From NCBI GenBank assembly GCA_011056835.1, contig DSDU01000243.1:6305-70304 (forward strand): 64,000 bases of DNA, written 5' to 3'. The notes beneath the pieces were generated by a model. It worked only from the letters and a program-made list of their open reading frames with translations. It was not told the DNA's origin and searched no databases. A program made the translations under genes and the position numbers. Every line of letters begins with the position of its first letter. Positions within the stretch are counted from its first letter, which is position 1. Source of the stretch: Deltaproteobacteria bacterium. Its GTDB lineage: Bacteria; Desulfobacterota; Syntrophia; Syntrophales; UBA6807. Of the stretch, positions 37,301-48,596 are shown piece by piece.

Positions 37301-38014
37301 ATGACACGGTACGTGAAAATTGGACTGGGAACCAGTGCCGCCTATTGTATCGAAAACGACGGTCGATGCATCCTTGTTGATGCCGGCAACTGTCATAAAG
37401 AGAAACGATTCTTCACGGCTCTGAAGAAAAAAGGGATAGATCCCGGTCAAATAGAGCTTATTGTGATTACTCACGTTCATTACGATCATGTGGGCAGCCT
37501 GCAAGCAATACAAAATATCTGCCGGTGTCCCGTCGCCGTTCACAAACGGGAGGCTCATCTCCTGCAGGAGGGAACGGTCGTCCTCCCTCCGGGGATCACC
37601 TTTCTCGGCAGGGTTGTCATGGCACTGGGGAAACGCGCATTAAGGCGTTTCCCATCCTTTTTTTCATTTCAGCCGGTCGATCCTGATATTATTCTTTCGG
37701 ACGGAATGACGCTGGAAGAATTCGGCATTCCCGGTTCTATCGTTCATACACCAGGTCATACGGAAGGTTCCGTTACCGTTATCTTGTCATCGGGTGAAGC
37801 ATTCGTGGGAGACCTTGCAATTAATTACCTGCCCTTCGGTCTGGGACCTTATTTTCCGCCCTTTGCGGAGGACGTGAATGTGTTGTTGAAGAGCTGGGCG
37901 GATCTTCTTGATATGGGTGCGAAGAGGATATTTCCCGCCCATGGAGAATCGTTTCCCGCTGAAAAACTTCGGAGCAGGGGCTGCCGGTTCAAAAGCCGAC
38001 CGATCGGTTTTTAA
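37301..38014 (+). CDS. mirror copy: MBL-fold metallo-hydrolase
   Basis: Mirror of 28599..29312(-); ATG at 37301. Confidence 0.8.
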   Translation: MTRYVKIGLGTSAAYCIENDGRCILVDAGNCHKEKRFFTALKKKGIDPGQIELIVITHVHYDHVGSLQAIQNICRCPVAVHKREAHLLQEGTVVLPPGITFLGRVVMALGKRALRRFPSFFSFQPVDPDIILSDGMTLEEFGIPGSIVHTPGHTEGSVTVILSSGEAFVGDLAINYLPFGLGPYFPPFAEDVNVLLKSWADLLDMGAKRIFPAHGESFPAEKLRSRGCRFKSRPIGF

Positions 38015-41000
38015 TTCTTGTTTATCCGGGATGTACTGTCCAGCGCATCTCTGACTGCAGAGCCGAGTTTCTCCATGAGATACGGCTTTTTTACGTACTC
38101 TCCCGCGCCGAGCCTCTGAAGTTTCTTTACCCGTCGCGTTTCTGAAAAGCCGCTGACGATGATCGCTTTCTGATCGGGATGTATGGAGAGGATTTGTTGG
38201 TATGTTTCCAACCCGTCTATGCCGGGATCCATGATCATGTCCAGTATAACGAGATCGACGGAACGATCCTTCAGAAATGCCACGGCCTCTTCGCCGCTTG
38301 ATACGGTGGTAACGACATACCCAAGTCTTTCAAGCATGTGTGTAGCGATTTCACGCTGTTCCCGCACGTCGTCCACCACCAGAATGGTTTCACCATGTCC
38401 CCGGTAAGAGCGTGTATGCCGTTCATCCGGAATTCTGCGAGTTTTCTTTCTTGTGATGGGGAAGTAAAGGGTGAAGGTTGTTCCCGCGCCCTCGGTGCTC
38501 TGAACATCGATATAGCCTTATGGTCTTTCACCGTTCCCCAGACGACGGCCATTCCCAGACCGGTGCCGCTTCTTCCCATGACTTTTTTCGTGTAGAATGG
38601 CTCGAATATCCGTTCCATGTCATCCGCCGAAATCCCGATTCCTGTGTCCGATACGGTGAGGACGGCATAATCTCCTTCCACGACGTTGTCATATTCGCGA
38701 GTCGGCTTGTCGATGTATCTGTTTTCCGTGGCAATGACGATTGCTCCACCGCAGGGCATCGCTTCAGCTGCATTTGAAACGATATTCATGATTGTCTTTG
38801 AGATGTGAACCGGCGAGCCTTCGATATTGAGCAGATTATTATCCAGGTGAGTCTTTATGGTGATGCCCGGATGGTAATATAGAAGTTTTTCATATTCCGG
38901 CGTTTTCAGATAATCCGACAGTATCTGATTCAGATTGATCACCTCCATGGTGGCCACACCACGCCTGGCCAGTGTAAGGAGGTCCTGGACGATAGCCGCC
39001 GCTCTCTGACCTGATTTCTGTATGGTGGCAATCGGCTTTCGCAGGGGGCTGTCGTCGGGAATCTGCATTAGTAACAACTCGGGATAGCTTACAAGTCCCC
39101 CAAGGACATTATTGAGGTCGTGGGCCACGCCGCCGGCGAGCGTTCCAAGCGCTTCCATCTTCCGGGAACGCCGGAGCTGAGCTTCGAGACGTTTCATGTC
39201 GGTAATGTCCAACAGAGCCCCGACTCTCAGAGATGTTCCGGAGATCATGTCAACGGTGAGGAAAATATTTTTTATGTTGCCGAAGCGGTCGCAAAATCTA
39301 AACTCGTAATTTTTCGGGACGGATTTCGGTTCGACGCCTCTCTGCCTGTGGAATCCCTGCATCATGGGAAGATCTTCATGAAAAATGAATTCTGTCCAGC
39401 TTTTCTTTCCCTCGATTTCATCCTTCGAGTAGCCCCAAAGATGCGCCAGTTCTGTATTTGCCATCTTGATGATGGTATCTTCCCCGTAGATAATGGTGGC
39501 CGTGCCGGTTGTCTCGAATATGCCTCTGTATCGTTCTTCGCTGTGCCGAAGCGCTTCTTCCGCTTTTTTCCGGTCGGTTATGTCGCGGCAGACAATTTGG
39601 AGTCCTGTCGGAATATCATTTTCTTCGATGATGCGGGCGGTTGCCTCAATCCAGACGATGCTGCCGTTTTTATTCCTGATCGGTACCTCAATCGCTCGCG
39701 ATTCATCTCCTTTCAGCCTTTCTCCCAGTCGTTTTTTCAGGATTCGTTTCGTTTCATCGTCGAAGAGAGGCAGTTCCAAGCCGCTTCTGCCGAGCAACGA
39801 ATCTCTGGTGTACCCCGTCAAATCTTCGAGTCGCCTGTTGATGTATCCAATCTTTCCTTCGATGTCGATGTTGCACAGACCGATCGGGGCTTCTTCCATC
39901 AGGTTTCTGTACCGTTCTTCACTCTTTTTCAGTAAACGCTCGGCCTCTTTCCGGTGGGTGACGTCGGTTGATGAAACGATGCTCTGCTTTGTCCCGGGGA
40001 TCATATCCACGACGGCGGATATATCCCTTATGGCACCGTGCTTGTCGATAAGTTGGTACTCGTAGGTCCGTGGTGCGGAGTGCAGGCATGCTCTCCGTGT
40101 GGTGTGATATTCTTTCATGATATCGAGATACTGTGGTGTGACAAATTCGGTCCAACTCATTTTTCCTTCTATTTCCCCTCGGTCGTAGCCTGTGAGCGTT
40201 TCGAATTCGGTGTTTGCAAGGGAAATCGTCGTATCTTCCTCGATAATCACGGTTGCCGTACCGGTTGTTTCAAAAATCATCCGATACTTCTCTTCGCTTT
40301 CTTTCAGTGCCTTTTCCGCCAGCTTGCGCTTTGTGATGTCTTGGACGGTTCCCTCGTAGTATTGAATGTTTCCACTCGCGTTCCGGATTGCCTGAGACGT
40401 TAATGCAAACCAGTTAAGGCTTCCGTCCTTCTGACGGCCTTCAACCTCGAAGTCCTCCACGTGACCATGTTTGTCCAGGAGTCGCGAATATTCGATTCGT
40501 CGTAACGGATCGACATAGATATCTTCGGCAATATTCCGTACGGATTTTATCATATCCTTGGTTGAATCGTACCCGTGGATGTGTGCTATCGCTTCATTGG
40601 CGCTGATAAAGCGCCCGTCGGGAGTTGTCCGGAAAATGCCGATGGTGGCGTTCTCAAAGATCGTTCTGTATTTCTCTTCCGCCTCTCTCAACTCCTCTTC
40701 CATTTTTCTCCGTTCAAGGGCGATTGCAAACATTCCCGCCACCGTTTCGAAAAAACTTCTGTCTTCTTCTTCGATATTCCGGGGCGTTTTTGCCATGAGG
40801 TGGATGACGCCCAGAAGGTTTCCCGTGGATCCTGCCATGGGCCATGATATGGTTGCCCCGATACCGAGCTCGCCGATGCGTCGACGATGTGTCACATAAA
40901 TGGGATGTCTGCTGATGTCGGGGGCGAAAATCGGTTCCCATTTCCGCGCTACCGCAGCGGCAATGATGTAATTGTCATCGAGGTGCGCCGGCGGGAAAAA

Positions 41001-41681
41001 ACCGTCCGGCAGATCATCGATTGTACCGACGGTAGATGTTACGTAAAGCCGCTCATCCTTTGGATCATAGAGATGAGCGACGCCGTAATCAAATCCGAGA
41101 ATTTCGGTCAGACCGGCGAGGATGTGGCGGCACAGAGATGAAACGGTCGATTCCTTCAGAGAGGCTTCCGTGATGATACCGAAAGCCTTCCGTTCGCGAA
41201 TGAGAAAATCCTGCGCTTTTTTTCTGGCCGTTACATCTCTCATGGTGACAAGATCAACGGCTTTTCCATTGTAAGTGACCTTTGTGCCGAGAGCCTCGAC
41301 CCATTTCTCTTCTTTCTGTTTCGTTATCAGCTTATAGAGTCGATAGTCCGTATCAAAACCCCGTTTTCCTTCCTTGATGAGATTAAGGTCTCGGATGACC
41401 GATTCTCTCGAATCCGGGTGGATGAAATTCGTCATATTCAGACCGATGCCTTCATCGGCTGATTCGAAGCCCACAAGCACTGCGGCGGCACGGTTTGCGA
41501 AGAGGATAGACCCGTTCCAGTCAACAATGACGATTGCATCCCGCATCATGTCTGCGAGAGAAGTAAGAACCTCGCCTTCATGATAATCATTGTTCATATG
41601 ATCGCTTCGTTGAGCATGGAATCGGTCGGCGACGGTGTGACGTTTGGTGCGATGATTTTCGTTTTTGTTTCGATGGCTCAT
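38011..41681 (-). pseudogene. mirror copy: frameshifted hybrid sensor histidine kinase
   Basis: Mirror of 24932..28602(+). The identical frameshift at about 38516/38517 was checked by eye. Confidence 0.8.
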
Positions 41682-41901
41682 TCTTATTAACCACGCAACA
41701 GGTTAGGTACGTCATAGTGTCTTTACGAATATTCTAATCGGTACATCCCGCCTGCACGTTTAATAAAATAATGGAATATTTTAACATAAACGGTCACATA
41801 CAATCGGCTGCGCAGTATGATGTAAACGTCTTTGGCTCGGGAAAACGGCTTCAAACCGACAGGGGGGGCCCTTTGTTGCCGCTTCACCTTGGTATATGGA
41901 A

Positions 41902-42543
41902 CTATGGGAGTTCAATCGTATCTATTCGATCGATATTATATTTTATAAGAGTGCCTGCACCGTTTCTGCCGATACTGCAGTTCACGATAATGGAATTTCC
42001 CATTGCGGCCGTCCCCCTTCCTTCGTGAATGTGTCCGCAGATGACCAGCCGCGGCCGGGTTCGTAAAATGAGAGATGCGATGGATCGGCAGCCTGCATGA
42101 AACCTGCCGAACACTTTGTCGAGAAATCCCCACGGCGGCGGATGTACCACGAGAACAGAGTCTCTTGTCGTTATCTGCTCGATCCGGTCGATGCAGGTTC
42201 TTTCTCTGAGACAGATCCTCGATCTGAACGGAACCGGCAGTGTCCCACTGAGACCGATAAATGGTATTTCCATTATCAATAGTTGATTCAGATGGATGGA
42301 TGAAATCATTGAGGACGCTTCGATAAATCGGTCAATCTTTTCACGATCAGAGTTGCCTCTGACTGCAAGAACCGGAATCGACAGCGTGTTGATCTGATCA
42401 ATGAAAAACCGTGAATGTCTGAGGCCGGTTATATCCCCTGCGAGGACCAGTATGTCGGGGCGGTGCGTTTCAATATTCCGCCTGATTGTCTGAAGTCTGT
42501 CGAACCGCCCGTGGATGTCCGCTGCGGCATATATCAGCATCAT
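41902..42543 (-). CDS. mirror copy: metallophosphoesterase
   Basis: Mirror of 24070..24711(+). Confidence 0.8.
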   Translation of the reverse strand: MMLIYAAADIHGRFDRLQTIRRNIETHRPDILVLAGDITGLRHSRFFIDQINTLSIPVLAVRGNSDREKIDRFIEASSMISSIHLNQLLIMEIPFIGLSGTLPVPFRSRICLRERTCIDRIEQITTRDSVLVVHPPPWGFLDKVFGRFHAGCRSIASLILRTRPRLVICGHIHEGRGTAAMGNSIIVNCSIGRNGAGTLIKYNIDRIDTIELP

Positions 42544-42936
42544 GCCCCCCTTTGATGGTATGTATTTTATCACTCATTGCGACAGGAAAAATCAACAGTT
42601 CTTTTTCACCTTACCCGTCTTCTTTTCTGTTTATTTAAATTATTCGAGAGATTCTTGTTCTTTTCCTGGTAATTGTATACAATGCGATATTCGGGTTGTG
42701 CAGAAGGTGGTTACTCTCCGGTCTGAATCGCTGCAGGGGTTCGGTCGTCCCGGTGGCTGCAATATCTTAAACAGGCCGCGGGATTGCATGAGCGAATCGG
42801 ATCTCCGGCATCATTCCCCCGGCGTTTCGATTTTTTCCGGAGTGATTGCGGCGGAACTGTCCGCCAATGGTTTTACTCTTTCAGGGGATGCTTCCCCCGA
42901 CAACATAGTAACGCTGTAACAGGGAGGATTGAAATA

Positions 42937-43692
42937 ATGGCACGGGAACTAGTGAAAAAAGAAGCATGGGCGTTTGTAACGATAGTGATTGTATGTCTTT
43001 TCCTGGGATTGGTTCCAAAAGGATATGGCGCCAAGGTTACCGATTTTTCGGCGGATCAGGTATCCGTGGATCCGAACGGCAAGGTCGTTGCGGAGGGAAA
43101 GGTTTACATGAGTTCGAAGGGAGCCAGAGTTGAGTATGCCGCCCCCGAAGGCAAGGGAGACATGATCAGTATTTTCAGAAAAGACAAAAAGCTCTTCTGG
43201 ATGGTGAATCCGGCGGCAAAAAAATATCTGGAGGAACAATTTGATGAAGAGAAAATGAACAAGGCCCTCAATCTGTCAACGGGCAGCTCTGTGAAAATAC
43301 TGGGGACGGAGAAAGTCCAGGGCTTCAAGTGTACGAAAAAGAGCGTGGAAACAACGGTGACATTCCTGGGAATCAAGAGTAAAAGTGAGTCCGTAGTCTG
43401 GGAATCGGATCGGTTTGACATGCCGCTCAAAACACAGATGAAGGATGGATCCTTTACGGAATTGCGGAATATAAAAATCGGGAAACAGCCGGGAAACTTG
43501 TTCGAAGCTCCCGCCGGCTTCACCAAGGTATCAAATATGATTGCCCTGTTTTCAGATGGTGAACAGGGCTCCGGCTCGGAAAAAGGGGGTGAGGAAGGGT
43601 CATTCATGAATATTCAAAAGGATATCTCTGATAAAATAAAAAACTTCAAATGGCCTTTCGGCGGCGATAAAGAGTCGGAAACGAAACAATAG
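42937..43692 (+). CDS. mirror copy: secreted/membrane-anchored protein, function unknown
   Basis: Mirror of 22921..23676(-); ATG 42937 after GGGAGGA. Confidence 0.55.
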   Translation: MARELVKKEAWAFVTIVIVCLFLGLVPKGYGAKVTDFSADQVSVDPNGKVVAEGKVYMSSKGARVEYAAPEGKGDMISIFRKDKKLFWMVNPAAKKYLEEQFDEEKMNKALNLSTGSSVKILGTEKVQGFKCTKKSVETTVTFLGIKSKSESVVWESDRFDMPLKTQMKDGSFTELRNIKIGKQPGNLFEAPAGFTKVSNMIALFSDGEQGSGSEKGGEEGSFMNIQKDISDKIKNFKWPFGGDKESETKQ

Positions 43693-43865
43693 AGCCTTTA
43701 CGTCAATACTCCCGATGTTTCGATACTCGGACTATGAATTTACATGTTTCATCCTGTTGAAGCGGGGATGTTTATCCTTGATTAATGTCAATGAGTACGA
43801 GAAAATACCTTGCAGCAGCGTTGGTGGTTATATCGTTTAACCTTGGGTGATAAAGGAGGGTTGTC

Positions 43866-44300
43866 ATGTATGAGAGAATCCTGTATCCAACGGACTTCTC
43901 AGATGAGGCGGTTAAGGCGGTAGATTACATCAAGGAACTGAAAGGGGCAGGGGCACAAGAAGTCGTCATACTCCATGTAATCGATCGACGTGGACTCAAT
44001 GATCTGTCTCGATTTGCCAAGAAGGATTTCGCCGGCATTCTGGTTGATATGGAACAAAAGGCAAGGGGGGAGATCCGACCCATCGAAGAAGAGTTGAAGG
44101 GAGTCGGCCTGAAGGTCAAAGTCAGAGTCGAAAAAGGGGGACCCTGTGATGAAATTCTTCGTGTTGCAGATGAAGAAAAGGTGTCGGTTATCATTGCCGG
44201 ATCGCACGGGAAAAGCAATATCGACAGCATGCTGCTCGGATCAGTCTCATATAAGCTGGTAAAACGAGTCAACATACCGATCCTGGTTGTAAAAAAATAA
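43866..44300 (+). CDS. mirror copy: universal stress protein
   Basis: Mirror of 22313..22747(-); identical 144 aa. Confidence 0.85.
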   Translation: MYERILYPTDFSDEAVKAVDYIKELKGAGAQEVVILHVIDRRGLNDLSRFAKKDFAGILVDMEQKARGEIRPIEEELKGVGLKVKVRVEKGGPCDEILRVADEEKVSVIIAGSHGKSNIDSMLLGSVSYKLVKRVNIPILVVKK

Positions 44301-44396
44301 GCTGACAGGATCTGTCCCGGAGCGGAGGATGGGTATCCGGCGACCTGTCGTCTCAATGCATTATGAATACTTCCGCTCATTCCGGTTCACAATGAA

Positions 44397-45608
44397 ATGA
44401 AAGACACGCACCTTTTCTGTACACAGTGCAAGAAATCGTATGATATAAGCAGGATTGATCCCCGATGTGTGGTATGTCACGAGCCACTCGAAATGGCAAT
44501 GACGGAATGGGGAACCATCGTCGACGGCAATCCGCTCAGGCAGACGATTCTTGAACGTTACGCCGATTTTTTTCCTTTCGATGCGATCGACTCGAATGTG
44601 TCACTTTACGAAGGGTTTACGCCGCTTGTTCCCTCCAGGAGGCTCGCATCGCGTCTTGCCGTGAACAACATATTTTTCAAGAATGAAACGGAAAATCCCA
44701 CTTGGTCGTTCAAAGACCGGGGAACTGTTGTCGGTGTTCACCATGCCCTCAGCCTCGGCTACCGGAGGATTGGAACCGTGTCGTCGGGAAATATGGCGGT
44801 TTCAGTTGCTGCCTATGGAGCCCGCGCAGGTCTCAAAACGTATGCGCTGGTGAGCACTTCCATCCCATTGGAGAAGCTCAATCCCATAGCCGTGTATGGA
44901 GCTGTGGTGATTCAGGTCGAAGGCGACTATGGTGATCTTTACTTTCGCAGCATTGAAATAGGAAAGCGAAAAGGTATTTATTTTATTAATTCCGATGTGC
45001 CGCTCCGGGTGGAAGGTTCGAAAACGATCGCATTTGAAATCTGCGAGCAGATGAATTTCGGTGTGCCCGATTTTGTTATTGTTCCCACAAGTTCCGGAGG
45101 CAATATCCGCGGAATTATCAAGGGATTTGAAGAATTCAGGCGGTGTGGGCTGATTTCGGACATTCCCACCATGGTCTGCGCTCAGGCAGCGGGGTGTGCC
45201 CCCATACATGATGCGTATATCAACAATGAGGATATGATATCTCGGGTGGAGTACCCCCAAACAATAGCCCATGCCATCGAAAATCCCTATCCGCCCAGTG
45301 GTAATGAAGTGTTGCGAAAACTCAGAGAGGGCGGGGGTCTGTGTGTTGCCGTTACCGATGACGAGATGCTGCAGGCTCAGAAGGAGCTCGCCTGTGAGGG
45401 AATATTCGGGCAGCCGAAAGCCGCCGTCCCGCTCGCCGCGGTGAAAAAGTTGCGGGAACGGGACATCATTGCCCATGATGATACCGTGGTCTGCATCGTT
45501 ACGGGCGGAGGGTTGAAATATACGGCTGTCTGCGAACGGCATGACCTGATCGTGCGTTCCTGCAGTCTGATGGGACTGGAGATGCTGATTTCTCAGTTAT
45601 GGGACTGA
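44397..45608 (+). CDS. thrC: mirror copy: threonine synthase family PLP enzyme
   Basis: Mirror of 21005..22216(-); identical 403 aa. Confidence 0.75.
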   Translation: MKDTHLFCTQCKKSYDISRIDPRCVVCHEPLEMAMTEWGTIVDGNPLRQTILERYADFFPFDAIDSNVSLYEGFTPLVPSRRLASRLAVNNIFFKNETENPTWSFKDRGTVVGVHHALSLGYRRIGTVSSGNMAVSVAAYGARAGLKTYALVSTSIPLEKLNPIAVYGAVVIQVEGDYGDLYFRSIEIGKRKGIYFINSDVPLRVEGSKTIAFEICEQMNFGVPDFVIVPTSSGGNIRGIIKGFEEFRRCGLISDIPTMVCAQAAGCAPIHDAYINNEDMISRVEYPQTIAHAIENPYPPSGNEVLRKLREGGGLCVAVTDDEMLQAQKELACEGIFGQPKAAVPLAAVKKLRERDIIAHDDTVVCIVTGGGLKYTAVCERHDLIVRSCSLMGLEMLISQLWD

Positions 45609-45630
45609 TCGAGACGAAAGGAAGCCGTCG

Positions 45631-47043
45631 ATGAAGATTGCCGTTCTGAATGGGAGTCCGAAAGGAAAGAAAAGTGCGACCATGCACTACGTTCATTATA
45701 TTCAGAAAAAATTTCCCCACCATGAACTGAACATTATCGATATATCGCAGCGGATCAACAGGATTGAGAAGGACGAAAAGGCATTTCGGGAGATTATTAA
45801 TAACATCTCTTCATCCGACGGAGTGCTGTGGGCAACGCCCGTCTATGTGACGCTGGTTCCCTCTCAGTATAAGCGTTTCATAGAACTGATCTTCGAGCGG
45901 GATGGGAAATCGGTCTTCAAGAATAAATACGCCGCCGTCCTGGTGACATCTATCCACTTTTTCGATCATACGGCATGCAACTATCTCAACGCGGTCTGTG
46001 ACGATCTGGGTATGAACTATGTCGGTGCATTTTCACCGGATATGTATGACCTCATACGGAGGAAGGAACAGGAACGATTGGTCGGGTTTACGGAAGATTT
46101 TTTTTCGGCCGTCGAGAACGGGCGTGTTACATCGAAGCATTTTGCACCGATCATATACAATCCGATTTCATATGAGCCGAAAGAGGTAGAAAACCGGTTA
46201 GATCCCGGAGAGAAAAAGATCCTCGTCCTTACCGATGACAGTCAACCCGGGACGAACCTGACGAAGATGGTTGATCGCTTCAAGCGGTCGTACCTCCGTA
46301 GTGTCGAGTCCGTTGCCCTGTCGGATATAGATATCAAGGGGGGGTGTCTGGGGTGCTGCCAGTGCGGTCTTGACGGTGTCTGCACATATGACGGCAAAGA
46401 TGAATTTATCGATTTTTATAATTCGAAGGTTAAGAATGCCGACATCCTCGTCTTTGCCGGTGAAATCAGAGATCGATATTTATCGTGGAAATGGAAACAG
46501 TTCTTTGACCGGCGGTTTTTTCATACCCATATTCCGTCGCTCACGGGGAAACAGATAGGATTCATCATCTCTGGCCCGCTCCGTCGGATTCCTAATCTCC
46601 GTCAGATTCTCGATGCCTACTCGGAGTGGGAGCAGGCAAATCTTGTGGATTATATTACCGATGAGTATGAAGACTCGTCGGAAATTGACGACTTGCTTCA
46701 AAGCCTGGCGGAGCGCCTCGTCGAATGTGCGGACCGTCACTATGTCAAACCGGAAACCTTTCTCGGTCATGGTGGAAGAAAAATATTCAGAGACGATATC
46801 TGGGGAAGATTGAGAGTCGCTTTTCAGGTCGATCATCAGTACTACAAGAAACATGGATTATATGATTTCCCTCAGTCGCGATATAAAATGCGGTTTTTCA
46901 ACTGGAAAATGATGCTCTTCACTAAGATACCGGCGGTTCGAAAGATATTCTCCGAACGATGCATGGATGAAATGATACGGCCGCATCGGAATGTAATCAG
47001 TAAAATGGATCAGGTGTCCAACAGTATGCAGGTTAATCCGTGA
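45631..47043 (+). CDS. mirror copy: tandem flavodoxin-like FMN reductase family protein
   Basis: Mirror of 19570..20982(-); identical 470 aa. Confidence 0.65.
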   Translation: MKIAVLNGSPKGKKSATMHYVHYIQKKFPHHELNIIDISQRINRIEKDEKAFREIINNISSSDGVLWATPVYVTLVPSQYKRFIELIFERDGKSVFKNKYAAVLVTSIHFFDHTACNYLNAVCDDLGMNYVGAFSPDMYDLIRRKEQERLVGFTEDFFSAVENGRVTSKHFAPIIYNPISYEPKEVENRLDPGEKKILVLTDDSQPGTNLTKMVDRFKRSYLRSVESVALSDIDIKGGCLGCCQCGLDGVCTYDGKDEFIDFYNSKVKNADILVFAGEIRDRYLSWKWKQFFDRRFFHTHIPSLTGKQIGFIISGPLRRIPNLRQILDAYSEWEQANLVDYITDEYEDSSEIDDLLQSLAERLVECADRHYVKPETFLGHGGRKIFRDDIWGRLRVAFQVDHQYYKKHGLYDFPQSRYKMRFFNWKMMLFTKIPAVRKIFSERCMDEMIRPHRNVISKMDQVSNSMQVNP

Positions 47044-47279
47044 TGGAACGTGAGGGTCTTATGGGTGACAATACGACGAGATCGAATCTGAGCATATTCT
47101 TCATCTGTATCGTTGTGCCGGCTTGAAAGTTTGATCGGTTCGGCTCTTGCCGCCTCCGTTGTGTCTACATGGTATGCCGGGACGGCGACGTCCGCTTTAA
47201 TGTCACCGGACCGGTTTTCTGCCCCCTATGGGAACTCAATCGCCGATATTTGCAATTAAAGAGAATGCCGTGAAATTAT

Positions 47280-47308
47280 TTGACAACGGGTGATCATGTT
47301 TTTATAAT
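47280..47308 (+). promoter_or_regulatory. mirror copy: consensus TTGACA - 17 nt - TATAAT promoter candidate
   Basis: TTGACA 47280..47285 and TATAAT 47303..47308, about 290 nt upstream of the ATG at 47604. Confidence 0.45.
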
Positions 47309-47603
47309 CGCATGATCGAAGGCCATTGGTGGCGTCCGGTACGACGTTTCCGTTGTGCAAGTGGAGCGTGATCCGGAGTTGCCCATAAGGATCGCGTTTC
47401 TTTATGAAAACAGGAGGATACTCAAAGCGGTAATCCATATCGGAGAAAGGTTTTCTGAAATCTTCAGCATATGCCGTGAGTTGTCCTGAATCAAATGCCG
47501 ACTTTTCACATTATAGTTTCTATGGTCATGAGCCGAGTGAACGGGAAAGTTCATCGTCAATCGCAAAGAATTATCGTGTCAGAAATACGGAGGAAATGAA
47601 CTC

Positions 47604-48470
47604 ATGATCGTTTCTGGTAAAAAAATATCATCCATCGTGATAGCGGGATTCATTGTCATCTCCATGGTCTGGCCCGGTCCCGCCTGTGCCGTTACCTGGG
47701 AAGAAAGGCCTTTGCTGGCATGGGAAAAACGGGCGCTGGAGGTCTTTGATGTCAATAATTACGACAGAGTTATTGCCATGGCCCAGGAACAGACCGGCGA
47801 CCCCAACGGGAATGTTCCTGTTTTTATTTATTTCAGTCATGCCCAGAAATATTACCTCGAAAAAAACAGGGCCTCTGCTGCTTATTATAAGCAGCAGTAC
47901 AACATGGTGATAAACAGGTTGTCGGGAGCAAATCTTGCGGTGCTGACCCGTCTTGTTGTGATGCCTCAAACGTCATGGAATGCGAAAATCAACAACAGTT
48001 TCATTGAAGCCGCATTTGAAAAGGCGGGTAACGAACTCTATCTGGGCGCAATCCTCTTTTACCTGAGCAACACGGCGCCGGAGGTTGCGAAGGGAGCGGT
48101 GGGAGGTTTATGTGCCATTCTGCAAAACAAACGTGAGATTGTAATGAATGGCGGAACACTGAGCCAGGAAGACCGGGCATGGATGAGTGATCCCACACTC
48201 CTGAAGCTCCTCATCAGGAAGACAGGTGAATCCATCAGCCCCCTTTCCGGTTTTATGTCGAAGCTGCCGGCCGTCGCCCGAAAGAAGGTGATGGGCGGTC
48301 CATCTTTATGCCTGGCCTTGATAGAAGATCCGGCTCTCCCACTGTTGCGTGAAGCTGCGGGCATGGGCAACGCCAACGCGGCGAGTACGATTCAACTGGT
48401 GCAGGATGCCCGTGGCGAGTGCCTTGCACGGTATCCCAACAGCACATGGTACAGTGCGACAGGAAGGTAG
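47604..48470 (+). CDS. mirror copy: secreted protein, function unknown
   Basis: Mirror of 18143..19009(-); identical 288 aa. Confidence 0.55.
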   Translation: MIVSGKKISSIVIAGFIVISMVWPGPACAVTWEERPLLAWEKRALEVFDVNNYDRVIAMAQEQTGDPNGNVPVFIYFSHAQKYYLEKNRASAAYYKQQYNMVINRLSGANLAVLTRLVVMPQTSWNAKINNSFIEAAFEKAGNELYLGAILFYLSNTAPEVAKGAVGGLCAILQNKREIVMNGGTLSQEDRAWMSDPTLLKLLIRKTGESISPLSGFMSKLPAVARKKVMGGPSLCLALIEDPALPLLREAAGMGNANAASTIQLVQDARGECLARYPNSTWYSATGR

Positions 48471-48596
48471 TACGGAGAGTTAGCAAGGAGCGGGGCTAAA
48501 GAGACAGTGGAGGTATTGTATAATATGCCGTCGTGTCTGCCTTAACCCCCGGAATAGCGAGCGAAACGGTTTATGAATTAAAAGGAGAAAAAATCA